Source: Pecten maximus (lineage: Eukaryota). From it: a stretch of 64,000 nucleotides of DNA. Within the stretch, counting starts at the first letter, position 1; every line of letters begins with the position of its first letter. Below, in pieces: positions 1 through 13,667 of the stretch. The notes beneath the pieces were generated by a model. That model ran no database searches. It saw only the letters and a list, made by a program, of their open reading frames with translations, and was not told the DNA's origin. The stretch is from positions 40,176,001 through 40,240,000 of the forward strand of contig NC_047024.1 in the NCBI RefSeq assembly GCF_902652985.1. The letters run 5' to 3'. The position numbers were made by a program, and so were the translations under genes.

Positions 1-715
1 GTTCTCTAAAACGGTGACAAACTTCCTCCACAATTCTACTAGCCAATCAAACGTCAACGTCGTCGTTTTACAATACAGAAAAATCAAATGAAAAAAAACA
101 AAATAAAAACAAAAAAAAAACAAAAAACAAAAAACAAACAAAAAATCTTTCGCTAATCATCTTCATGTACCATTATATAAGTAATGTTATATATATGTCT
201 GTCTTACTGTAACTGATAATTGTAGTTTCCGAATATTGTTTGTTTCGACAAACACTCCTGGTGCGCCAATTCATTTTTGCGTTCATATATCTTAAACTCA
301 GATATGCTATGTTTTACTCGGCCAAAATAAAAAATATTTACGGTAAAATTGTCCTGTGTAATTTTATTTTATCGAAGGAATATTTTCAATTTCGATTAAA
401 ATACTGTTTAGATAATTGTTGTGACCATATGAACATCTAATATTTGTCTCGTTAGTAATGTAATTTAGAAAATCTTTCGATAGGGTGATTTAAATGTTGT
501 GGTTATAAATATACAAATGTAAGTTAAAATCCTGATTGTGAGTATCGCTTTCACAAATGCACTTTTTCAAAATTCGAGAATAGAATCTGCTCAGCTATAT
601 ATGCACTTTTCAGTGTATATTGTTGTCTTTCTTGATGATGCTAAATGTTATTTCGTTTTTGCTTCTGTTTCAGAATATTTGACTGACCTTCTTCCCATGT
701 ACATATCTGGCCAGG

Positions 716-1537
716 ATGGATCCCGAACCTTCTTCCATCCCTGGTATCCAACAAAACCCAACTGACAATATGGCGGCGGCCAGATTAACTTCCGGTGACA
801 ATAAGTCACCTGGGAAAGCAGGTGTTAGTCTAGCGTACATGCATGGTCCTCCACGTATCATGCCAAACTACGGAAATAAGCGTCGTAGTCTTCTCCCGAA
901 AACCAAGGTGTCACGTGTCTTACTGTACGATAATATCACCCAACAACAGATGCTTGACGTGAAGCTCTCACACATCAAGATTGAAAAGACTCGAACGACA
1001 CGCCTCCTTGACCTTCACAAGAGGTCATTCCTACTTCGACAGCAGAAGCGACAACACCATATGCAGCAGGTTGGAATTGTGTTGCCGGATATTGACCACC
1101 CAAATAAAAAGCAGGATATTCTAACGCGATTAACAAGTCAGCTATCCAAAAGAGCAGTCAGTTCGGTGGGAGGAAACGGCAGAGTTACCTCTGCTGAACT
1201 GGAAACTTTAAAATTGCCGGATTTGGAAATTTCGTCAAATGACCACAATAGTCCACATGTTATATTCAAACTCAAAAACGCTAGTGGCGTCACGCAAATA
1301 TTTCACACTATCGACAACGAAGGGGTGTTCTCCGATATTGTTCCTCTGTATAAATTCTATGACAAGACAACGGAAGATCCACGGTTTCAGAGTCTTGAAG
1401 GTTCGCTGGTTCGAACCTCAGTCAGCAACGACGGGTTTAACGAATTAAGCGCCAGCTTTAAAAAGGAATATCCAAAATTTCCGGAACATTTGCAAGAATT
1501 TACGACCGAAAACACCAGACTTGGTTCATTAGTATAA
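716..1537 (+). CDS. Uncharacterised 273-aa protein encoded in a single coding exon; basic, Q/K/R-rich putative helical segment
   Basis: Long ORF in a GC-richer island. Preceded by a pyrimidine tract and acceptor (ttctgtttcag| at 673), so a 5'UTR intron is likely. AATAAA at ~1574. No family recognised. Confidence 0.75.
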   Translation: MDPEPSSIPGIQQNPTDNMAAARLTSGDNKSPGKAGVSLAYMHGPPRIMPNYGNKRRSLLPKTKVSRVLLYDNITQQQMLDVKLSHIKIEKTRTTRLLDLHKRSFLLRQQKRQHHMQQVGIVLPDIDHPNKKQDILTRLTSQLSKRAVSSVGGNGRVTSAELETLKLPDLEISSNDHNSPHVIFKLKNASGVTQIFHTIDNEGVFSDIVPLYKFYDKTTEDPRFQSLEGSLVRTSVSNDGFNELSASFKKEYPKFPEHLQEFTTENTRLGSLV

Positions 1538-1749
1538 ACGGTATAGGCCTCTATATGAGTTATGAAAATCCTTAATAAATGGCAATAAGCATTATATATA
1601 TGGTGCACTGCTTCGCTATCTTAATAGTTACATGATCCGTAATCTTTGTCCTTTCATAAAGAATTTGGATTTACGACCAATCAGCCAAATGCTACCAAGT
1701 GTTGTGAATGTACTGTTAGTGAGTGTGTCGGTAAATGGTCATCGCTGTC

Positions 1750-1980
1750 GTAATCATGTTATGTGTAGGCAGACGTATGACGTAGCTATTTTAGTTGTAG
1801 GCAGAATAATGTCGTAAGCATTCTATGTGTAAGGCAAATTAATGTCGTAGGCATTTTTTGTGTACGTCAAACTAATGTCGTAGGCATTTTGTGTGTAAAA
1901 ACAGATACACAGACAAATGTCGTAGGCATCTGTTGTGTAGGAAGATTAATGTATTGTCGACATTTTATGTGTAAGAAGAC
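1750..1980. repeat. Degenerate ~33-bp tandem repeat (gtgtaggcagactaatgtcgtaggcattt-like), about 6-7 copies
   Basis: Recurrent tgtgtagg and aatgtcgtaggcat motifs. Confidence 0.6.
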
Positions 1981-3485
1981 TTTCCTCTCGTCTGGAGATA
2001 TTCGTTTTAAAAAATGCAATGTATTGAACAGATGATATTCTACAAGAACACCAAATTCCAGAATAATGAATGCAGTTACTATTGGAAACTCTGCTCCACA
2101 GTGATTGTCCGGACTTACTATATTTCTATACGAAGAAATGCAACGAAGTGTTGGCTTGATTATTGGAGAATCCGTGCTTTCTCAGGATAATTAATTCGCA
2201 CCATGTAAGAAGAACAGGAATAATGTCTACATATACCCACTCCTTGTATATGATTAATTTGTTTATGATTTACAAGCCAAAAAATAAAGATATTTGACAG
2301 TTAGTTATTTGTAGCAGATTTAATTCAGTCTATAAGTTATATCTCGGTTGCACACATGCAGATCTATATAGACATGGATCTGTAAATATTGTGTTTGTCC
2401 GAAGTACTACTTTATTTGGCCTACTTCCCCGACTTACATTTCTTTAAATAGATACTTTGGAGCATTTGTCTTTCTACCAAATATTTCACGTCATAACGCA
2501 GACGATTCCTTTGTCAATTAAAATTCCGGCTACAGCTGTTACAAGAATACGTTCATATTGTAGGGGAGACAACTCAGAAATCATCATTCCGTTCACCTCA
2601 GGAGCCTCTTGTACACAATTTTATTTGAGATGAACCGATAATTAATTTTATTAAAAATGTTAGACTTTAGTATGGACATCGCGATAATAAATTAAATGTG
2701 TCGATAGGTTGGTAACAGTTCGTAGTTCATGCAAAGCAAAATCATAATCAAACAACTATGTGGTTTCTTACATGTAGTTCCGGGTTACGTGTATACTATA
2801 ATGTATGACTATGTAATAGAGATGTCTTGCATTTAAAAATACTTTTCTATTGTGGACCTTTGAAGAGTTAAATATGACGTTATATCGACCTGGTTGAAAA
2901 ATATTAACCGCGGTCGGTATCTTTCTACCAGGTTAATATACCTTATTGGACGAAATCAAATATCCTTATTTTTTATATTTTTTATATTACATTTTTAAAT
3001 ATTTATCGGTAATTTGTTAACTGTCTTACATTATAGTTTTTTTTTTTTGAATGACTAAATAGCATACCTTTAAATCTAATAATAAACAAATGGTTTATTA
3101 AAAAAAAAAAAAAAACAGACAAGATAAAAGATTCAAACAAACAATAACCTTATTAGAATATCACAAACTATCCATGACAAAAGTAGCATCATATTCTGCC
3201 ATTTTGGGATTATTAATATATACAAAAATGAAAATACAGAGTGTGTTGTACTCCTGGGTCCATATGCTGTGAATGTTTTGAATTGAGAAACATGGGGTCC
3301 ATATGGTATATATTGACTTGCATGTGACCATCTCTTATCCAATTAGAACAATGGAAAATCTTGACATACAATATCTGCAATCTTCTGTTAGATTTCTGAC
3401 ATTTTCTATATTATCTTTTCTATTATTTCTATCATAACTCATTTTTTGTCTTTCTCGCTTACACTGTTAATTATTCTTTAGACCA

Positions 3486-3850
3486 TTAAAGGGACATTCC
3501 TTAGTTCGGACATCAGAAGCATGCATACTTTCTATTGATGAAATCTATGCCCGAACAATGATTATATATGTCGTGTCTGTGCCTACACGTAATGAAATTA
3601 ACGCCGAAATGTACAAGAAAAAGTCTTATCATATACAAATACCGTATGTCCTTGCGGTAATTTGTGATACTTCGGGTCGAATTAAGAATTTTCATGACTT
3701 CATACTCGAAGAACTTGGGTTTATCTTAAGAGTAAAACTGCCTTATTAATGTAAAAATGATAACTTTTACTATTTGGAAAAAAAAGTATGTTCCGGAAAG
3801 TTTTATTTTGACGACCTAAACTTTATTCAAACGAAGGAATGACCCTTTAA
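3486..3850. mobile_element. Non-autonomous DNA transposon (MITE) with TTAA target-site duplication, Kolobok-like AG...CT termini
   Basis: ttaa-agggacattcctt (3486-3502) is inverted to aaggaatgaccct-ttaa (3834-3850) with 1 mismatch. Confidence 0.7.
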
Positions 3851-4977
3851 TAATAAGCCATCTATCGTGTCCAGATATGTATTTAACTACATCAGTAGCA
3901 TTAGATTTGTACGCCGAATTATATAGATCTAGGGGCGAATCTGGGATAAGGGTGTCTGATTCCGATTGCGCTATATATCAATCTAAACTTAAAATATTTT
4001 AATGAAATAATGCAATTTTTAAAAAATAAATCAATCATATATATTTCCGAGATATCAAAACGAAGTTTTCATTCTGATAGTTATTCGATATGCCAATAGG
4101 ACGTACAATTTGCTTTTTACCGTATGGAGACCCTCTTTGTGTATTTAGGTATATGGGAACAAGTCAATGAAAAAAACCCACACAGACTCACGGACGGACG
4201 AATGTGTCTTGATCCTGATACTGGACGGACAATAATCAGCTTTATTTTTTATTTATTTATTTTTTATTTATTTTTTTGCGGGGTGGGTGGGGGTGGGGGG
4301 GGGTGAAGGCTATAAGACTACCTGATTATTTAGCCATTTCAGCATGAAACAGTTAAACTGGAGACTGAATTGGTTTATCAAATCCCTAGTGCCCACTGCT
4401 CTTAATTCCTGTCCGTTTTGAATTGCTACATCGTAACTATGTGGTTGTATATCGCAGTTACTTCCCCTTTATTCACTTGGGACTCCCTTTTGTAGGACAT
4501 CATTATTTATTGCGTATTACGACATCATTCGATGCATAGTTCAAACGAAATGCCCCCCCCCCCCCCCCCCCCCCCCCTGATCTATATAAAAAAGATTTTA
4601 AAAAAATATGATTATAAAAATGATATCTATTTGTTTACCTCAGTCGGAGTGTTTTTTCTAATTAAAGAAGCGTTTGTTGAAATTGAATAGATCTTACTGT
4701 TATTTTGTATTTCATTGTGAAATTAGAAAAAAAGTCATCCGTTATATATATAACATCTCTATGATACAAAAAGATAATTTTTATATAGATTAAATGAAAG
4801 CGTAAATAACCAGCTGCTGATATATGATAGCACAATATGATTTTTTTCTGAAGGATTATATAGAACGTAGGCACGCGCCGTGACTGATATGACAATGCCT
4901 TGTACATTATCTGTAATACACTGGCCTCCATAATACTCCTATTCACGATCCGATCGTGCGCGCACGAGGTACTAAAG

Positions 4978-7900
4978 ATGGCGGACAGCCCACGACGGAG
5001 TCGATATAAAAGGTGAGTCGTCGGTCTATAATGTAATTGTACGATATAGTGAGATATCCAGTGATATGATTTTACTCATCTATTATATTCACGATCTAAT
5101 CTCACCGACTAAATATGATATCCCGACCTATTGATACTCAAATATAGACAACATTGCTAGAGTAGAAATCAACGAGAGTTACCTCCCTTTGTTTACGCTG
5201 TCGGTATTTGACAGTCGACGACTCGAGACATTTGCACGTGTTTCATACTTGCAATAGGGAAATTATAACATTGTGCTACACGCACCAAAAGTTCGATTTA
5301 AAGTGAGGACCGTTAGTGATTATAGTACAGCACTTAATTCTTTGCAACAATTCATCAATAATTAATATGAGGTACCGATCTTGTATTTCCACACTAATAT
5401 TATCAGTCCAAAACGTAAAAAAAAAAAAAAAAATATAAAATGAAATAAAAAAGAACGTCGTCGCTTTTGACCGGCTCATACAACGGCGTCATTTTTTCTA
5501 AGACAAAAGAGTCCTTGAGTAAAAATTGGAATAATGTGTGTAGTGTAATAAATGTATGTATAAAGTGTTGAATACCTCCATAACATAAAAGTATTTAATT
5601 ATATTCAATCATTAAACCCTGAAGTATTTTAGTGATTACAATATGTTTAAGCTGATAATTACTTTTTTTTAAAGTTATACCCGATAAACAATAAACTGGG
5701 GCAATTGGAGATAACTAATAACTAAACAACTGTAGAATAATTTAGTTAAAACGAATACGGTACAAAATCAGTGTTTCTTATATCACGAGCCTGATGCATT
5801 AATGTTACCAACTCTCTTACTGTTTTTGTAGGTAATGGTAATTTAATAAATTCTATATAAAGTTTTGTTGTTTGCCTAGTAATTTCGGTGTAGGTATTTT
5901 TACCCTGTGTCCGCATTTGAAAAAACATTCTAAGATGGTCGACTTCTCATGTTTCTTATACAGTTTTAAAGTTTATCAGCTTCCTTACTTATTCATCAAA
6001 GATAAAAATAATTAATGACGTCATATGTCATAAGTGTGACGTCATTATGAGAGTAAAGCCCGTTTGTAGGAAACATGTAAAACAACAGAGATGCCGACAT
6101 AAGTAAAAAGGCGTTAATCTACCTCTAAATCGATATATCGACAGCAAAAAGGTAATGAAAATATGAATTTTCACGGAAAAATATGAATTTTCACCGAAAA
6201 ATATAAATTTTCACGGAAAGACCAGGTGTTTCGGAAGCGTAAGTGTCGTCTGCTTTATGATATATAATGAAGAAAACACCTGACACTATTTAAGCCAACT
6301 ATACAGTATATCATTTTATGATTAATCAAATTAGATATCTAGAATCTTAGTTAACAATACAAAGAGTAAGATAAATAAATATATTTCTATTTTTTACGGT
6401 CTATTATAGATGGCGCTCTCGGACGCTTGACTTCCTCCACACTCGACCCGTCCTGATCGTCATCAGTATCCTCATCCTCATCGACTGTCTGTCTCTCCTC
6501 GGACAGATGATGAGTGATATACAGTCCATGCAGAGTAAGTACTGGGGATATCACATACACCATCCTGGGGGTGGGGGAAGAATGGAGAGGTGGAGAGATT
6601 TGGTTGGCTGGTGGGGGATATAAAGAAGGGGTGGGGGTGGGGGTCGGGGGTGGGGGGCTTGGATCATAATTGGAGGGTCATAACTAGAATATATGTTGTA
6701 GATCTTTCATGAGGTGAAAAGATTAAACTGAAAATACCCATAGATAGTTCAAAACGTCATAAGGCGTTTGTTTTACGACTTTTGAAGAGTTAGGGTTAGA
6801 TTTGGAATAAAACGATATTAGTATTAGGTAAGACTAGTATTTGAATTTCCAGGAACCCTGTTTACGTGTTTTGTTGACTAAAATGCTGTTGTATATTGTT
6901 TTTCTTTAGTTCGATTTCAGCTTGAAGAGGATAACATCCAGGTATTTGAAAATCACCTAAAAATGGCATCAGATAATGAGTCATTTCCGGACGTTTCAAG
7001 CATAAGTGATGTCATGATTTTTTTACGAAATAACATGGATGTGATTTTAAGTGATCGTTGTTCTAGTTTCTGTGTTCGACCAAGCTCAACTGAGAATAAG
7101 GAAGTAGAACGTATTGGAGTAATTCGCGATGTGAACTCCCCTAAAACTACCCCAAGGACTACCGATATTCCTTGTATGAATTCTAAGCATATATGGATTC
7201 AATTCAACGAAGGGGCCGAGTCAACTTTCGTCGTTGGTGAAATGGATCTAAATTTCAAGCGTCATGTTGAGCACGAATCGCACGGAACTCTGGGAGGAAT
7301 ATACATCGTCTCACAGATTTTAAATATCACAGGCGTCGTAATCGTCACGTTTATGTTTGTTGAGGTGAGTGAACGTCCTGTCGTCTACATATCTGTCCGT
7401 CCGGCCATCCGTCCATCAATCCGTTCTCAATTTGAATACATTTATGCATTGTCTGTCTTCGTTCAGTTTAATGTGACAGTGTAACATATAAGAGACCTAA
7501 TTTCAACTTTTACAAATTATAATTTTAAGCTTACCGATAGGTTTCAGTTGGTCATTCTTCATCTCGGTCACTCTTGTGGTTGACGCTAGGTCACTCGAAG
7601 AAAGGACACAACCATCTCGATGTCGTCTATATATAGATGGGAGGAGGCAAGTCATACCTCACATCGTCAATGTTGAGGTTATTGGGGGCGGAGCCTAATA
7701 TGAATGACATCCGTCATTCTCCGCTGCGTCCATTCCTGTTCTTTGTCTTTGCTAAAGACTCCAGGTCATGCAGTTGACCTCTTGACCAATCTAATTAAAC
7801 GTAGACTTGTAATTTCCGCTCCTCTACGATACATTGCAATACATGTAGAGGAACGGAAATTACAAGTATTGTAGTGTATCGTAGAGGAACGGAAATTACA

Positions 7901-10900
7901 AGTCTGATTTTCATTAGATTGACCTCTTGACCTGTATCCAGGGTGTGCTCGGATACAGCAGACTCGTTCAATGTCAAGGTTCCTTTTCTCTTTATAATTG
8001 CGATGTTCTGAAATGCGAATGCCCAGATATATTTTAGATTATTTGATGTAACAGGTGTCGTATGGACATTGTGTTTCTCTTTGAAATGTCTAGACACAAT
8101 TGCAATCTGTTATACAAGACAATACTTTGACAGGTACCTTAACTTTGTGATTAGCCATTAAGCAGTAAATATACTGAATAGTTTCTAGTGAATACACATT
8201 CTTTGTTTTTCTAGATTATTTTGAGAACAGTATGCAGAGGGAGATATTTCTACAAGAAGAAACTCGAGGTCTGTATTTTTAGATCAATTAACTCTATCTA
8301 CCTATATATCAACATGTATGTATGTGAATATGCTGGTCAATCAGCAACCCAGACACCACATTTAGATTCTTCATCAATGCTACACGGTTGTATATACATC
8401 TACCAGTGCCACATAAACTCTACAGTAATGTGTATACATCAACTATGCGACCAAAACGTTTCACCTTTATGCAGTAGTGTACAGTCTATACGTTTCGTCC
8501 TGAACTAATTGTCCATCCGTCTTTCTCCCAATAGGTGTTAGACTCTATCATTGGTACTGTGGCTTTTGTTCTGGATGTTTCATATATGTTCGGCCAATGG
8601 GCGAGCAGTCCCGCCGACTCTGCGACCATCCTCATCCTACTGTTGCCATGGAGATTCGGTCGTGTCATTTACAGTAAGTTTTATCTTGATGACAACCCAA
8701 ATTATTGAAGGGGTTTAATATTTGGAATTACCGAATGGGCCATCACGCACCGGTTAAACGCGAAAACTTACATTAAACCTCAGTTTTATATATATATGTC
8801 TAAATACTGTAGAACATCGTTATATCGAAGTCAATCGGGCAATGAAAAAAAATCGAGATATCCCGAGTATCATATCTTTTATAGTACTGTCCTTCTGCAA
8901 CTTGATTTTTTTACTTCGAATTAAGCAGTATGTTTGAGTTGTCCGAGTTCGAGATACATGCAGCGAAGTTTGATTGTATTTTGATGTTTAATTTCCCACT
9001 GAGCTCATAATTAGGATATGATGGTCCGTGGATAAGGGGAAATAACTCTCCGTGATTAATACCAAATACATAGTAATATTGTGTTCGGTTGATGATCACA
9101 CATTTGTTCGTATGCGCTCGGCAATATTAACATCTATTTAGGTGTAGGCAGGAAATGTGGTTTCATATCGCCTGTCTACAAATCATATTTTTCACAGCTG
9201 GTTGATCTGACAATAAGATATTTCATATTTCCTTATGCAGTATGACAATATCTTTAGGTTATAGAGTGTAAATGGAATTCCATGCATAGGTCCCTATATA
9301 AGACCATGTATACAACCTGTAGTGCGTGATAAGCGATACACGTGCGTCATACAGGTGACCAAACACTACACATGTGACCATACACTACACACGTGACCAT
9401 ACACCATACACGTGACCATACACCATACACGTGACCATACACTGCACAAGTGACCATACACTACACAAGTGACCATACACTACAGACGTGACCAAACACT
9501 ACACAAGTGACCATACACTACACACGTGACCAAACACTACACACGTGGCCAAACACTACACACGTGACCATACACTACACACGTGACCATACACTACACA
9601 CGTGACCATCAACTACACACCTGACCATACGCTACACACGTGACCATACACTACACAAGTGACCAAACAATACAAAATTGACTTTATATTACACAAGTGA
9701 CCATAAACAACACAAGTGACCATACACTGCACACGTGACCATACTCTACACACCTGACCATACACTACAAAAATTTCCATACACTACACACGTCAACATA
9801 CACTACTCACGTGACCATACACTACACAAGTGACCATACACTACAAAAGTGACCATACACTACACAAGTGACCATACACTACACACGTGACCATACACTA
9901 CACACGTGACCATACACTACACACGTGACCATACACCACCAAGGTGACCATACACTACAAATGTAACCATACACTACACATGTGACCATACACTAAACAC
10001 GTGACCATACACTACACATGTGACCAAACAATACAAAATTGACTTTATATTACACAAGTGACCATACAGTACACAAGTGACCATACACTACACAAGTGAC
10101 CAAACACTACACATGTGACCATACACTACACATGTGACCATACACTACATAATTGACCATACACTACACACGTGACCATACACTACACAAGTGACCATAC
10201 AATACACAAGTGACCATACACTACACACAATTTAAGTGACCATACACTACAGAAGTGACCATACACCACACAAGTGCCCATTCACTACACAAGTGACCAT
10301 ACACTACACAAGTGACCAAACACAACACACGTGACCATACACTACACAAGTGACCATACACTACACAAGTAAACATACACAACACATGTGACCATACACT
10401 ACAGATGTGACCATACACTACAAAAGTGACCATACACTGCACAAGTGACCATACACTACACAAGTGACCATACACTACACAAATGACCATACACTACACA
10501 AGTGACCATACACTACACAAGTGACCATACACTACACATGTGACCATACACTACACATGTGACCATACACTACATAATTGACCATACACTACACACGTGA
10601 CCATACACTACACAAGTGACCATACAATACACAAGTGACCATACACTACACAAGTGACCATACATTACAAAATCGTCCATACACTACACACGTGACCATA
10701 CACTACAAAAGTGACCATACACTACACACGTGACCATACACTACACAAGTGACCATACACTACACACGTGACCATACACTACACACGTGACCATACACTA
10801 CACACGTGACCATGCACTACACAAGTGACCATACACTGCAAAAGTGACCATACTACAAAAGTGACCATACACTACACAAGTGACCATACACTACACATGT

Positions 10901-13667
10901 GACCATACACCACTAAAGTGACCACACACTACACACGTGACCATACACTACACAAGTGACCATACTCTACACACGTGATCATACACCACACAAGTGCCCA
11001 TACACTACACAAGTAACCATACACTACAAAAGTGACCATACACAACACACGTGACCATACACTACACAAGTGACCATACACTACACAAGTAACCATACAC
11101 AACACATGTGACCATACACTACACATGTGACCATACACTACACAAATGACCATACACTACACAAGTGACCATGCAATACACATGTGACCATACACTACAA
11201 AAGTGTCCATACACTACACACGTGACCATACACTACAAAAGTGACCATACACTACACACGTGACTATACACTACAAAAGTGACCATACAATACACATATG
11301 ACCATACACTACACATTTGACCATACACTACACACGCGACCATACACTACACAAGTGACCATACACTGCAAAAGTGACCATACTACAAAAATGACCATAC
11401 ACTAACCACAAGTGACCATACACTACACATGTGACCATACACCACTAAAGTGACCATACACTACACACGTGACCATACACTACACAAGTGACCATACACT
11501 ACACACCTGACCATACACTACACAAGTGACCATACACTACACATGTGACCATACACTACACACGTGACTATACACTGCAAAAGTGACTATACACTACACA
11601 TGTGACCATACACTACACATGTGACCATACACTGCAAAAGTGACTATACACTGCAAAAGTGACTATACACTACACAAGTGTCCATACACTATCTGTATTC
11701 TCCGTTTCAGGTTTGATCACTGCTATGAACCATCAACATCATATTCAAATGAAGCTTCTCAAGTCCGCCAAACGGACATCTGACGTGAGGCTAGCTCACG
11801 CGCGAAAGCTTGTGCTGCAGATGGAGGTAAGTACAACTAGTCGGTCCGATACACTTCTATTGCATGACGTCACAATTCATTCATGATATAACGTTACGAT
11901 GTATGTGTTTTGTTTTCAGAAAGATGCGCAGTCGTTGACACTGCTTTGCAGACGAAAGATGGCGACGGACACCGAAATAGATTCTTGTTATTGTAAGTTA
12001 AACATTTTCTCAGAATTTGTATTTTGGATGCGATCTTGTCATATTTCAACCGAAAGCATATCACGTTTCGTACTTAATTACCCGTTGAAGCCTAAATCAA
12101 GAGCAGTGTCGGTAAGATTGCATTCGAACATAAAGCTGCGCTCTTATCGACAGCCTGTCTCAAAATCAAATCATGCCTCTGTAATTGATTATTTATTTAA
12201 ATTATTTTTATTTATTTATTTATTTTTATTTTTATTTTTTTTATTCTATTTTTTTTTTGCAGTAAATGACACTTTTATAAAAAAAAATATATATCTTTTA
12301 GTGAATAGAAATTTTATCGAAATCAGCTCATGTTAAAGGAAGATTAATTCTTTATCACCAAATAAGTCATGTTGTTTCATCGAAATCAAGTTTGTTTAAG
12401 TAAACGAGCTAAATCAAATTCGGTAATTTACAGTTTGCAACTCTTCATTGAGATAAGGCAGCGTTTCTGTATCAACTCCAAAGTTGTTGAAGCGGATAAA
12501 AACGACCAAAATGAAATCATGGTCATTTAGGCCGTGCACGCGCGTCATATGATATCCGCCATTATCAACGATAGTTTCATCTCTAACAAACTTTAACTAA
12601 ATTCGTGTTGCCAGTCGTGGTCCCAGTTTCAAACATGGCTTGTCTTGTTTAGTATGTTGACATTAATCTCTCTTCCGTATGCCTTGCTCAGTTCAATTTT
12701 GAAGTACACCATATCGGAAGAAGACGGAATGTGTTCCTTTAATAATCATTTGATTCCATTGTCTATCATAACAGGCAGGACCACTACTGCAGCAGTATCC
12801 AAGTTTGGCTCCACATTGCTCATGATTAGCGCCCCTGCATTGAGTGAATCCGGGTTATACCACCAGGGGTCGCGCGGTCATCTCTTCCAGGAGGTGTTTG
12901 ATGAGGCTGAGAATGTATGTGGTGATGTGAATAATAATACCACGCCTCCGACTGAAGATGTCGAGGAGCCCGAGTGTCCACGGACCCTGAGGCGTGCTGG
13001 CCCGAGGGTAGTGAATGTTACACCGCCACTCGCATATCAACCGCTGGTTGACCGACCCGGGGCCCCAGTTAGTGTGGTAGAGCCTTGCAGGAGGCTTCTT
13101 GATGAGACTAGTTCAACAGACTCATCAGAGGTAAGTTTTTTTTTAATCTGAGAATACCGACATAATTACAAAACCTTAAGTCTAACTCCAAATCGACAAA
13201 ACGAATGGAAATTTCGAACAAAAATATCTACAGATTAACATCGAGACCACTAAAGTGTATATGAGGAATAAGAACAGGTTCTCCGGAAGAGTAAGTTTTT
13301 TTTTTTTTATGAAACCGTCTTTGAGATGAAAATAAAGTTCATAGTCTTGGTATAGGAAACTGGACCGGGCATGGAGTTAAACAATATACGTTCACTCAAA
13401 TCTTCATGTAAAATAACGATTTGTCTTCACAGTTACAATTTGAAGAGCGACCAAAGCGCGGATCGATCGTGTTTCCCGCACGATCTAGAGGGCTAGCGAG
13501 TTGATGCAAGACTGTTATATAGAAAGTCGATAAAATGTCAGATTAATTCGGAACACAGGCTTTTGTAGTGTTCTTATCATGAGCGTGTCACCATGTTGAA
13601 TTTGAACACAATATTACATTATCTGTTTCAGAAAAGCAGTTTAGATAGAGAGACCACGTATCTGTGA
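4978..13667 (+). CDS. Voltage-gated proton channel (Hv/HVCN family, LPWRxxR 'Hv3-like' type), ~462 aa, 9 coding exons
   Basis: Exons 4978-5012, 6410-6534, 6910-7364, 8215-8268, 8535-8673, 11711-11826, 11920-11992, 12775-13130, 13632-13667, all GT-AG with matching phases. S1 VLIVISILILIDCLSLLGQMMSD (cf. human Hv1 [21 protein letters not shown]), S2 ILNITGVVIVTFMFVEIILR, S3 KLEVLDSIIGTVAFVLDV, S4 ILILLLPWRFGRVIYS, then a coiled-coil-like segment; no pore domain. The terminal exon is less certain. Confidence 0.9.
6410..6534 (+). CDS. Hv exon 2 encoding S1 with the selectivity-filter Asp (human D112 equivalent)
   Basis: ttatag|A...CAGA|gtaagt; translates RWRSRTLDFLHTRPVLIVISILILIDCLSLLGQMMSDIQSMQ. 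Confidence 0.9.
8535..8673 (+). CDS. Hv exon 5 encoding S3-S4
   Basis: ccaatag|GTG...TACA|gtaagt; translates VLDSIIGTVAFVLDVSYMFGQWASSPADSATILILLLPWRFGRVIY. Confidence 0.92.
9355..11690. repeat. 19-bp minisatellite (gtgaccatacactacacaa), ~120 copies, in Hv intron 5
   Basis: Direct periodicity; ends ~20 nt upstream of the exon 6 acceptor at 11710. Confidence 0.97.

Noticed and set aside
4279-4577. G-run and C-run upstream of the Hv start as a regulatory G4 or hairpin
   Set aside because: Homopolymer runs are common in such genomes, and the G-run is next to a (GGAC)n repeat remnant; there is no specific evidence of function.
10221-11153. Cys/Val-rich ORFs on the minus strand
   Set aside because: Translations of the 19-bp minisatellite.
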